Assembly: GCA_977016875.1 (NCBI GenBank)
Contig: CDRNST010000195.1
Location: 3,224,001 to 3,288,000, forward strand
Reading direction: 5' to 3'
Length of the DNA stretch: 64,000 bases
From: Pavona decussata
Lineage: Eukaryota
Positions 40,145-51,008 of the stretch are shown here, in pieces. The notes beneath the pieces are model-generated. The model saw nothing but the letters and a program-made list of their open reading frames with translations, did not search any database and was not told the DNA's origin. The position numbers were made by a program, and so were the translations under genes. Numbering within the stretch: the first letter of the stretch is position 1; each line of letters opens with the position of its first letter.

Positions 40145-41548
40145 TCAATCCTCTTTAGGATGAATCTGCTTGTGTACGGTCCTCAGACTTGTTAGCATGT
40201 GATAAGAGTGAGGCCTGGCCTTGGCGGCCTTAACGGACACTGGCACCAGACAGTCCAGGTATTCTTTCCAGCACGTACTGTGCAGATGTAAGCTGTACAG
40301 GTTACCAACATCTGACTTGAACCAAAGCAGGGCTGCCATTCTGTCAGGAACAAACGCTTGTACGCGCGCCAGCAGAAACCTGGGCTGTTGAAGGGTGCTG
40401 TCTGTCTCGAACACTGCAACAAAGTTGCCGGCCTTGATCACATCCTCGTCCTGGTCACCAGCTAAGCGTCCAGCCGGGGCTGTCGATTGTTCTCCTTCCT
40501 CTGCTGCCTGCCTGGCTAAGAATACAGCCATTGTATTTTTCTCCACCGCCGTGTGCCTGTGGTACCTATTCTGGGCCATCTCTCTGAAATGGCGGAGTGC
40601 CTTGGCGAGGCTGTCTTTCATTTGCTCCGTGCAGTCACTGTGGAGAGAATTCGTTGTCAATTCTAAGGCTCACTGGGAAAGAAAGAAACCAAACTGAAAA
40701 TGGTTGACTTTTGCGTGACTGGAACTTCCGTGTTGTATTGATTGATGGATTGATTCCTTTATTCATTCATTGATTTTAAGCAAAGGGTTTGCTTCCTCCA
40801 GAACTTCTGTTTAATTTCAAGCCTTGGTCGTCCAAGGGCAAGGGAAGTAATCATGCTTACTGGCGGGCGAAATAAATCCAGGCTGTCATAGTTCAAAAAA
40901 GTAAGCTGTGACCAGTGGTCTAATTACCTGCGATTGTATGCGCATGTTGTGAATGCTGAACGCAAGGTGTTGATGCTGACTGCACAACCTGTTAGTTTCA
41001 GGAACATGCCTTTGATGTGCTGTAAAAAGGCAGCGCTTGTGAATGGACGACCGTTTGTGTTCTGCAATAGAGAAAGCAGAAAATATTTCAACCCCATAAC
41101 AAAGGGAAATAACTGTAAAAGATCAAGTGAAATGAGTTTGACATTTTGTGGGTGGCGTTTTTTTTTTTCCGGAAAATAACAGTGGCCTTTAGGCCTTTAT
41201 TGAACTTTAATATATACAAAGAAGCACGCCAGTGTTGTTCTCACGTGTATAAAGTTCAGCGTGGTGAATCTTGACGTAGTTGTGCATCAACTTTTTGAGT
41301 TCACTTCCAGCCTTGGGAGAAAGTAGGACCTATTTTTACTTCCAAATATCTTTCAGTCAGAATGTAATCATATGAGTTATTATTGCAAATGAGAATAGCA
41401 TTAACTTTGACTTTCATTGTGCATGAAAGTATCTTGTTCATCAAAATGAATTGTAAATAGTTTTCAATAGTTCTTTTTTCTACTTTTTACGTGTAAATAG
41501 CAATTTGCTTGAACTATGCTAAAGAAATAAGTTAGTTTTAAATTATTG

Positions 41549-41606
<58 letters not shown>

Positions 41607-42458
41607 CATCTTTTCTTTCCTGTAGTTCCATTTGCTTGTGACCATTATACTTCTAAGTCGAGTTGAAGGTGTAATGCTAGGGACCCAGAAGAGTGTAGTA
41701 GAATTGCGATTTCAGTAATAAGCTGCGATGAATGGTCCCTCAAGGTCCTGCAGAATTCCTAGGGTGCATATCTCCAAGCCACGTGAGGGAGGGATATGGC
41801 AATACAGGATCAGCAACACCAAATCCATTGCCTCTTTGGCTTTTGGTTGCGTTAGCCGGGTTGCCTTGAAAAATTCCCGTCTGAGTTGGACTGGCTTGTA
41901 GGATGCCTTCCCTGCGGGGTGGGGGATAAGATGGAATTTGTCATGCCTTTCTGTTCGCCTCAATTCTAGCAGCTATTTAATGTACCTGCCAAGTCATAGG
42001 GCTCCTTGTGAACCTTAACTTAAGAACAAAATAAAAAGGGCTATGCCCACCCCCCTCCCCCGCTACATTGTTTATTTTCAGTAAATTTATCTCATGTTTT
42101 TTTTCTGTCTTTCTGATTTAGTTGTTGAAACGGACCAGTTGTTTTGAAATGAAATTAAAATTAGAAAAATATTAAAAATATATATGAAATATTAGGAACT
42201 GATATTAGGGTGCTGATTTTGAGACAAAGGCCTTATTACTCACCATGGGAGCCAGCGGTTCAATGCGGACAATTCCTCCTTTGCTTTGGGCCTGTGCAAT
42301 TCACCCTGGCGTTGAAGCAAGGTTGCCTGCTTTCGAAGCTGTTTAATCAAGGTTGCAGCTTCATAATCCGGTTCTCGATCTTGGTGGATAAACTTTAGCG
42401 GGTACAAGAGGTTGTTTGCATGATTTGCGATGATCGCTGAACTGAGTCCCCTTGCATC
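40145..42458 (-). pseudogene. Family-B spliced tyrosine recombinase, 3' exons (copy B2)
   Basis: Exons 42458-42244 (...NHANNLLYPLKF...LNRWLPW), ~41890-41630 (IPPSRGLEI), ~41330-41200, 41061-40928 (SINTLRSAF) and 40637-40145 (LAKALRHFREMAQNRY). GT-AG sites are in compatible phase for the exons traced exactly; the middle exons are damaged. Confidence 0.8.
41543..41606. repeat. (ATT)n microsatellite in a B2 intron
   Basis: Direct trinucleotide run. Confidence 0.95.
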
Positions 42459-42989
42459 CTAGGACAGAAATGCAACACTTAAAATTTGCAGAAAAATGCA
42501 TAGTTAAGCCCAATTTAACATGCAGAAAGGTCTAATCCCTCTATTCGAAGGCACCACCTACAATGAAATCTGTATGTATGCGCTGTCGCAAAACTAGCAA
42601 CCTTGAGCCATTGTGAATCAGAACGGCAAGTGGGAAATAAAACATTAACGCAGAGATCGTTTAGTCAGTATTGGAATTGCACCAGTTTGGGGTACTGAAT
42701 ATTTGAACATTATTGGCAAGATAAATGTTGAACACTGGTAACTGGCAACTTGTGCAAAGATGCATTTAATGACCATCATTTGGAATTTTAGCGGGCTCGC
42801 AGACGCCGATTTTCGAACTTCGGTTTTACCGCAAAGTACCCGAAGCTACAGGTCATTCTAAGGATTTCTTTTTACGTCTGAGAATACTTCAGATTTGGGT
42901 TCAGAGCCACCCGCTGGTAAAACTTCACTTACAAAGGAAGTTGTTTCACCGCGACTTGACATTTCAGAGGAGGAAAAAAAAACTCGCCC

Positions 42990-45333
42990 TTAACTAGTTG
43001 AAGGGCTGATGGACTCGCTCCGATCTTTTAAAATCTTTGACCAGAGGTCAGTGGCGCACAACTTATTTATCGATGAGCTCCATGATCTGATTTGTGGAAG
43101 TACTTGCTCGACACGTCTGAGGGAGTCATCCAAGATGTCAGGCATTCCTTCGACTTCATTCCTGGTGTAGTCGAGAATAAAGTCGAGGAATTTTGCCACA
43201 GAACAGAAATATGATTTTATAGTGCCAGGTCTTTTGGCTTTGCTATCAAGAAGAGGTTTCGCCCAGTTCCTCCACATGGATGAGCCACCATCCTTCACGA
43301 GGCACTCAATGTCGTGGTCTTGCCCATTGACATCCAGTGCCTGGTTAATCTTTCTAACATTTTGGGTGTGCAGCATTGCTTGCGGCTCCTTGCAAGCTCC
43401 TTTATTGATGTCTTGAAGGTGGCGGTAAAACATCAAAAGGAGCGATTCGAATGTGTTTGCGCCCTCGTGCCTTTGATAAAAATCTTGGAGAGTGGCGTAC
43501 TCCTCTGGCTGCTCCTCCAACTCGCTCCCACTCCATTCTTCGTCTTCCTCTTCATCCTCTTCCTCTTTATCTTCCTCTTCATCTTCTTCACTGCTGTCTG
43601 CAGATTCTTTATGTTGTTCAGCTGCGAGCAGCTCAGCATTTGAGGTTTCACCTTCCTGTTCCACTGTTTCTTTGCTCCTTGTTAGGGGAACGGTTCTTGT
43701 TAATGGGATGATTTCTGGCGATGGAGGGATGACATCTTCTGAATCTTGTTCATGAGGAGGCCTGTACTCCTCATCGCTATCGCTGCTTGGGAGCTGTTCG
43801 AGCAGCTGTTCGATGTCGTCGTCTTTTGCTTTTGAGGCTTCCAAGTCAGACTCACCTGACTCTGCTCCTCTGGTTGGCCTTGTCTTTTTTGTGGTGGCAT
43901 TCAGATGAAAATCCCATTGGATTTCGCTGTGCACACCCTCGTATGGCCTGGCGATACGCATTGCAGTTTTGTACTGCTCTGACTCGTTGTCTAGCTGGTG
44001 ATACCGGCGGAGGTGTGTACTCAGATACTTCTGGACTCTGTCACACAGAGGGCAGATTTCCTTGCGCCGACCTGAAAAAACAACCTTCTTGTGGCGCCTC
44101 ATCTCTTTTCTCCCAGTTCCACGAGTTTTGTCTCCATGGATCGACATCTGAATGAGAGCTTCAGCTCGAGCCATAGAGATTTTCTCGTTCTTCTTTGTGT
44201 GCACCTCGATGATATGGGGCCTTATATTGACAACCTCTTTGAAACAGAGGGCACACGTTCGGTTTTTATAGTGGACCCTCTTTCCCTTCGACGTTGAGGG
44301 GCCAGGAATTGCCTTGGAGTTTCTCTTTGAGGGGCTCTTTCTTGTATTGGACGAAGAGGAGGAAGAGGGGCCAGGAGTAGCTGGGTCAGGTTTCCGTCGT
44401 TTGGTTAGGGTTGGTTCAGGGCCTTTTTTGGGTTAGGTTTTCTTTTTTTGTTGTTTTTGAAGGCGATGAACCACTATTTGACTCTGAAGATGTGTCACTT
44501 TCTGACTCCAATGAGGTGTCATCTTCGTCGGGATCAAAATTGGGGTCTTTGACCTCGTCTTCGATGTTATCTATGGCCCTCACTGTTCTTTTTCCGTTCA
44601 GCTTGCGGTGTTTAAGTTCAGCGTGTCGTGACACTTCTTTCAGCTCTTGGATGGCCCTCTCCAAGGAATGGCAAGCGTCATCCAGATGGAATTGGAGCTC
44701 AAGCTGGTTGTCCGGTCTTTTGCGGTTGAGCCACTTTACGTACCTCCTCACACCATGGTTGACGGTGGTTAAACTGCTGTCATCCATGATGTTTCCAACC
44801 AGCTCTAACTCCTTAGCCGTCATGTAGGTCAGGGTTAAGTCCCGACCAGAGGGCGAAGATTTTCGGCGAGGAAAGTCGATCTTTGGATTGGACGTCATTG
44901 CCAAGACCTTCCTTGCCTCCCCGTCACCATCAGATGCATTTTGTATAATGCTGGCGAGGTTGGTGATATGTGTGAGCTCTTGAAAGTGATGCTTCTCCAT
45001 CGAAGATTGGATGTGTTGGATGGAAGACTGCACAGCTCTCAGGTTAGTGTCCGCCTTTAACTGTATGCTGGCCTTTTTATTAAATTGGCTGCGAACAGCA
45101 AAATCCACAAGGCTAACCAACGTTTTGCTGGATTCTGTTAGCAACTCCCTCCCCAGCTCAACTCCCACAACGTAATGTTTGCAGGCTGTTATGTAGTCCT
45201 GCTGCAAACATTCCACGGTGAAATTTTCGTTCGCGTCTGGCTCTGTCATGCCAGCATCACTGAGGCCCAGGGCGGCTATGGCTTCAGGGTCCTGTTGTTT
45301 GGCCTTCTGGCAAAGTTGCAGCAGAGCATCCAT
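42990..45333 (-). pseudogene. Divergent family-A YR (copy A3): N-terminal, zinc-finger and core-binding part, truncated before the catalytic domain
   Basis: ORFs 44416..45333 and 42990..44204 are joined by one frameshift in the A-runs near 44424-44450. Fingers CALC...HIIEVH and CPLC...HLRRYH; WAKP.LD...KRPGTIKSYF.S..KFL.F matches WAKPAMD...KAPGTIISYL.SLEKFLTF. Confidence 0.85.
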
Positions 45334-46112
45334 TTTTTTTTGCTTTGTTTACTTGTTTTTCCCTAAAATAACCACCGAGGTTATTGGATTTATTTCAGTG
45401 CAACTTACATGAAGTTAAGGCCAGTCAAATGAAGCAGGTACCAGTCTATGAAAAGTTTTTGCATAGGAGGATCTAATTCTCGAATAAAATCCGTTAAAAC
45501 GCCTTTGTTTTATAAGCCTTCAAAGTTTTGCCTCGATTTCAGGTCCATGTGGTAATAGGATACTAGTACCAACTTATATTGTCCGCCATATTGGAATTAA
45601 ACTAAACTGTTAATGACTCTGCTTGTTTTCATCCGATTGCTTTGAGTATTGGCATGATTAATCTTTGCAGCAAGGTGGACAAACATCAACAATTTCATCG
45701 AAGTTAATTTAATAATTAACAGAGTTATTAACGGTTCAATGTTGAACATAAATGACGTCATAACTACTGTCTAAGTTAGTGCAACGGTCCAAAACTTTTT
45801 CTGGGGAGTTCCTTTCTATGTGCCCCGAGTTGCTAAGAGCATGAAACCCCATAAAAAGCTTTGCAAGCTACTCTAAAAGCACTTATGCTAACAGTTCATA
45901 TGGCACAGAGCACCCTTAACTTTAATGTCTTTTTACTGCATAGCAACTGCTATTTTTTTCTAGTAAATGTACTCTAAGGGTGCTCTGCCACCTTATAAAC
46001 CTTTTCCAACACTTGAATTGCTTGAGTTTAGTCAAATAAGGGCAAAAATATCATTAATTATCGGAGCTAGAAAATGCATGTACATACCAAGTGAAGACTT
46101 GCTGAAGAGGAT

Positions 46113-46501
46113 CATCATGTAGTGGTCACGAAAAGTCATGCCTTACCACTGTACAGAAAAAAATCGCTAAAAAATTCCCGCTTAAGTTTTTTGAAAAAAA
46201 TTTTGCGCAGAGCGTATCAGAGGAAAGCCCTAAAACGATTTATGGGTTAATATCTGTTTAACCTCATATTTTAAACTTTTTAATTTACACAAAAGTTAGT
46301 GGGTGATTTCCCTACGTTCTGATCCTCGGCATAAGGTATTGCAGGAAAACAATTCTCAAGAAAATTCTGTTGTAATATTTGCTAAGTGGAAACGCCACTT
46401 GACAAAAATATTCTCCTACTACTTGCATATCTATGTTTAAAAAATGCGTGTACTCACCAGTTAAGGACTTGCTTGAAGCCGCCATCATGTAGTGGTCACG
46501 A
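46113..46501 (+). repeat. Two dispersed copies of motif M3 CATCATGTAGTGGTCACGA upstream of A3
   Basis: Exact 19-mer at 46113-46131 and 46483-46501, each preceded by a GACTTGCT(T)GAAG-like stretch. Confidence 0.85.
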
Positions 46502-46618
46502 TTTTCAACCTCGCAGGAGTTAAACAGGACGACACACTCACTCAAACCACGCAGGAGCTAAACAGGACGACACACCCTCACAAAGCACTTTTTTTTGTTT
46601 TTTTTTTTCAAGGTTCCT

Positions 46619-49600
46619 TCATCGCCGCCTAGCTTTGAAGATATTCTTCACCTTTTCATAGCAGCGATTGAAGGTTTCCTCGTGCATTATACGATATAGC
46701 GCCTCGCTTGCCATGAACTTCTGTTTGATGGTGTCCTTTGATGGGCACTTGACATATTCAGCGAAAGCTTCGCTGATAAGCGCAGTGTCTTCGTCCGTCC
46801 AATTCTGGCGTCTGGCGGAATACACCGTTGAGGAATAATCGTCCTCGAAGGTGGTAAACTCCATCACTCTCGCCTGTTTGGAAACGACAGGAAGAGACTC
46901 TGGTGGAACAACTGGTTGTTTCTCGATGATGTAGTTGATGAAGTTTACCACCTGCTTGGATCCGAGGTTAGTCAAAGCCCTCGAGCGCAGGGCCTTTCTT
47001 GTACACATCCTGGCTCGTGCATCCTTCAGGTGAAGTTTGACGCCCTGACTGATGTCCTCGGCGAATAGCGCTTTTGCTTCTGCCTTCTCTATGTCAGTCC
47101 GTTTCTTGCTGTTGCTGCTGTCTTGATCTCTTACTTGCTCCGATGGCGGGATCACATTAGTACTTGCCGCGCATTCGGAGCTGGCCTTTTCAGGGCTTGA
47201 CGATTGGTCCTTCGAAGATGAAGGCTCGGGAGATGGCTGTTTTTTTGGTGCTTTTTTTGTGAGATGTCAGTTGCAGAGGTTACTTTGGCAATGACTGCCA
47301 GGCCCTCTGCCCCTGTCCTGGTGCACTCCTGGCGCACGTATGCCCTCTTGAAGGTCTTGTCAGAGTGGCCTAGCACCCTCTGCACCGTTGGGGCCTCCTC
47401 CGGTGCTTGCTCGTAGGTTTTGGTTGCAATATACTTTCGCATGCTGGTGTGCGAAAGTCTTTCGTTCCTACGAACGCCACTCTTGGCCCAAAATTCCGTC
47501 ACTCGTTGGCCAATGGTGCCCTCCCTGAATGCATGGCCGTCGTCCTTTACGAACAAAGCTTCCTCCACCTCCTCTACATAAATTGGCCGGATCTTGTTAA
47601 CATAAATGTGCATTAGCCGCTGCATTTCCTCGTCCATGCCTAGGATTGCAGGGCCATCCCTCGACCTTTTATGCTTCGCCACAAGGATAACCTTTGTGCC
47701 CTCATCCTCCCTTGCCGTGTCGTAGTCCTCCAGGGTGGCGTTGTTGAGAGGTCCTGGACGACAGCCGGTCGCAATGCTGAATTTAACTAGAAGCAGGTCA
47801 CGGGCCAAGCTGAACTCTGCCTTGGACAGTCCCTTGCCAGCCTCCGCCTCTTTTATTGCCTTGAGGCCATTCAGGTACGGTTTGGAAGCCTTTAGCTGCT
47901 GGATGTCCTCTGGAGTAAGTACCTTATCGCTTTCGTCAATGTGACGACGGAGTTGCTGCGCTTGCGTGGATTTGTCCACGCATGATCTCCACCCCTTCAG
48001 ACAAGGAATAAGATCTTGAAAAGCCTGTTTTTAGCTCGGACTGAGGGGTGGCATATCCTTGGTGTGATATTTGCTGCTGGTAACAAACGTTAGAAATTTC
48101 TCCAGGCTTGTTAAATAGGATATTATTGTACCTGGGGCCTTGACACGATTGTCCATTGCTGGCTTCGCCCAGCTAAGCCAGACAATGTCGCCGCCTTGGT
48201 TAGCAAGGGGGGTGATATCGTCTCCACCCTTATCAATAGCCTCCAATATGATTTCAACTTGCCTCGCGTGCTGTAGCCGTCCATCCGTCTTCTTATTTCC
48301 TGCGTCTGGCAAGGTGAGGTAGCTGAAGAACCCGCAGAGCCAGTGATGACGGTAATTTCTATAGGAGGTAGCATTAAAGTATGCCTCCTGGGTCTCTGCG
48401 GTTTCTTCAGATTCGTCGGACTCTGACTCTGGAGACTCTGACTCTGGAGAAGCGTCATCTGATGTCTCATGGTCCTCTGATGGATCTTCTGCCACTTCTT
48501 CAGGGTCAGGGACGCCATGATGTTCCGGCTCCTCCTCTTCCTCTTTCTCTTCCTCCTCTTCTTCCTCCGAGCTTGATGGTGGTGATGGTGGCGTTTGTTC
48601 TTTTTTTGCTTTTTTGCTTTTTGCTTTTTTCTTTAGTGCAAGCGTTGGGGCTTGAGGCACTGGGGGTTCTTCATCAGAAGATACAACGTGAAGCTCCGAC
48701 AAGCCCTTGTAAGATTTTGCCTCCTTTGTCATGTTGGCCAGCTCTGCACTTCCTTTTTCAAGCTTGTGGGCCCGTCTCAGGTGCTTAGTCAAGTACGAGA
48801 CGAGGCTATCCCATCCTTCAACGAGACACCACTTCTTCAAACGGCCTTGTGAGCGCTGGCCTTGGGAGCGCGGGCGGCGGGCTTTGTTCCCCTGGATCAT
48901 TATCTTGTTGAAGCCAGGCATTTCCTCTTCAGTTATTTCCCCCTTCTTCAGGTGAACCCGCCGAAGGTGCCTTATAAGGTCCTGGCCCTTAAATGCGCAC
49001 CCAGGAACACGGCAGCGGGATGTATTGTGGTGAATCCTCTTCCTCTTGGGTTTCACCACTTTGGCTGATGGCTGATTTCCCTCTGCTTCTGCTGGGGGCT
49101 CTCCCTCCCCAGCTTCTGCTGCTGGTGGCTCTCCCTCCCCAGCTTCTGCTGCTGGTGGCTCTCCCCCTCCTTCTTCCTTCTCCTCTTCACTGTCGCTCTC
49201 GATCATCTGGCGACGTCTCTTCCTAGGAGACCTCTCTTCCTCCTCTTCAGAGTCGCTGCTCTGCTGGTGCAGCTCATTTCGCATCTTTGTTGGAGGCACA
49301 TCTTGTGAAAGGATGAGCATGCTCTCCATAATCTCTTCTTTCCTTGCCTTAAGGGCCCGCTTATCAAACTCGGCCTTAAAGTGGTGCCGGGCCAACCACG
49401 TGAGATAGCTCATCGACATCTCCGTTTGAAGTCGAATTGCTGCGAGGCCCAGCTTCTTGGCAGCCATATAGGTCACAGAACACAAGTGGAAGTCGTTACA
49501 CAGGTTTTGCCAGGTCATCGCCTTGTTGCCATAGAATGTCACCTTCTGAGACTTGATGGCCAAGAACTGGTCTGCTTCCTGGTCGCCATCCAGAGCTTTG

Positions 49601-49686
49601 CGAAGCTGTTGCTGAAGCTCCGTTTCCTTGGTTGATTTCATTCTGCGGAGGATATTCTCAAGCCCGGTTGCATTGTTGGATGCCAT
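46619..49686 (-). pseudogene. Family-A tyrosine recombinase (copy A1), near full length (~1,020 aa), one nonsense codon and one frameshift
   Basis: ATG 49686. In-frame TAA at 48031-48033 (TAC/Tyr in copy A2) joins ORFs 48031..49848 and 47152..47979; a frameshift near the T-runs at ~47240-47260 leads into 46619..47155. Catalytic residues: ATGC-R-PG, A-K-HK, H-TSM-R, LG-H-S, RA-Y. Confidence 0.92.
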
Positions 49687-50194
49687 TGTAATACTTGGTA
49701 CTGTTACGTTAGGACCGTCACAAATTACACACTGAGTGAACCATTTATTTTGAAGGTATATGTATGTACATTTAATTGACAGGAGATCTTTGGAAAATGT
49801 TACAATATACAAGAGAAAAAAAAAAGAAGACATCATTTTCAAAGTCAAACTTCAGAAAATTTTTTTTTTAAAAAAATTGTAAAAAAATTAGATTTTGCTG
49901 TACGGCCCTAAATCTTTAGCACATATTAGACCTATTATTAGTCTATAATTGCAGAAAGTAACTCTGAAAAATGTTAAAATTTGGATGAGTTACGGCAGTC
50001 AAAAAAGGGACATATTTTCGAGTTCGAATTTTTTGAGTCAATACTTTGTTAACGATTATCCACTAGTATTTACGACGAAAAAATCTAAAAGCAATATATG
50101 TTATAGATACATCCTTAATCTACTATACCGTAAAGTTTTAAGATAAAATATTAAAACGCCTATTTTTGGCGATTTTTCAAAAAAACCCTTCAGG

Positions 50195-50943
50195 ATGTGG
50201 AATAGCCCACCCAAAAATTTTTTTTTTGGCATTTTTCTCAAAGACACTTCAAGATAACAAAAATCAAATTGCACCATCTTATAGCCTTTAATGGGTGCTT
50301 TCTAATGATATATTGGACTGCTTCGAAACTCCAAGAATACATGTCAAAATAGCGCAAAAACCATTTATGTGGAATGGCCCACATGAAGACCGGAACTTAG
50401 AAAAAAAATTCTAAAAAAATCAGGTTTCAACCAAATGAGCTAAAAAATAGTATGCATAAGTGTTATACCACTATAAATAATGTGTCCAAATTTCAAGCCT
50501 TAACCTTGAGTTTTAAAAATTTTTTGAGAGTTGAAGGTCGAGGTACAATTTTCTGGTAAGTTGAAAGTCCATCTCGACCTTCAAGTCTAGTATAAGTCAT
50601 ATACCTATACGGGATTTTTTTTTTGAGCTCGATATTTCTTAGACCTTCATGCCAGGTTAAGCCAGGGTATCACCATGGACAACTTACAGGTGGTATAAGT
50701 AGCCTCCATTGCAAATTTGGGATGAAACCATAAAAAATTGGCAGTTTTGCCCATTTATGTGGAATGGCCCACCTCCCATTTTTGAACCTTAACTGTTCAG
50801 TGAGGTTTCATCACACCAAATTACACATGCATAACAACCATAGCCCCATCGTCCTAATAAATGTTACTAGGAGTTCCCATATTGAGTTTGGAATTTTTTA
50901 TGATTTTTTTAAATTTGGGGTTAAAAGGTGGGCGATTCCACAT
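50195..50943. repeat. Motif M2 ATGTGGAAT(A/G/C)GCCCAC: three direct copies plus one inverted copy
   Basis: Direct at 50195-50210, 50367-50382 and 50757-50772; inverted GTGGGCGATTCCACAT at 50928-50943. Confidence 0.9.
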
Positions 50944-50956
50944 GGAATGAACATAA

Positions 50957-51008
50957 TTAGGGTTAGGGTTAGGGTCATGGTTAGGGTAGTGTCAGGGTTA
51001 GGGTTAGG
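50957..51008 (+). repeat. Interstitial degenerate (TTAGGG)n tract
   Basis: TTAGGGTTAGGGTTAGGGTCATGGTTAGGGTAGTGTCAGGGTTAGGGTTAGG. Confidence 0.95.
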
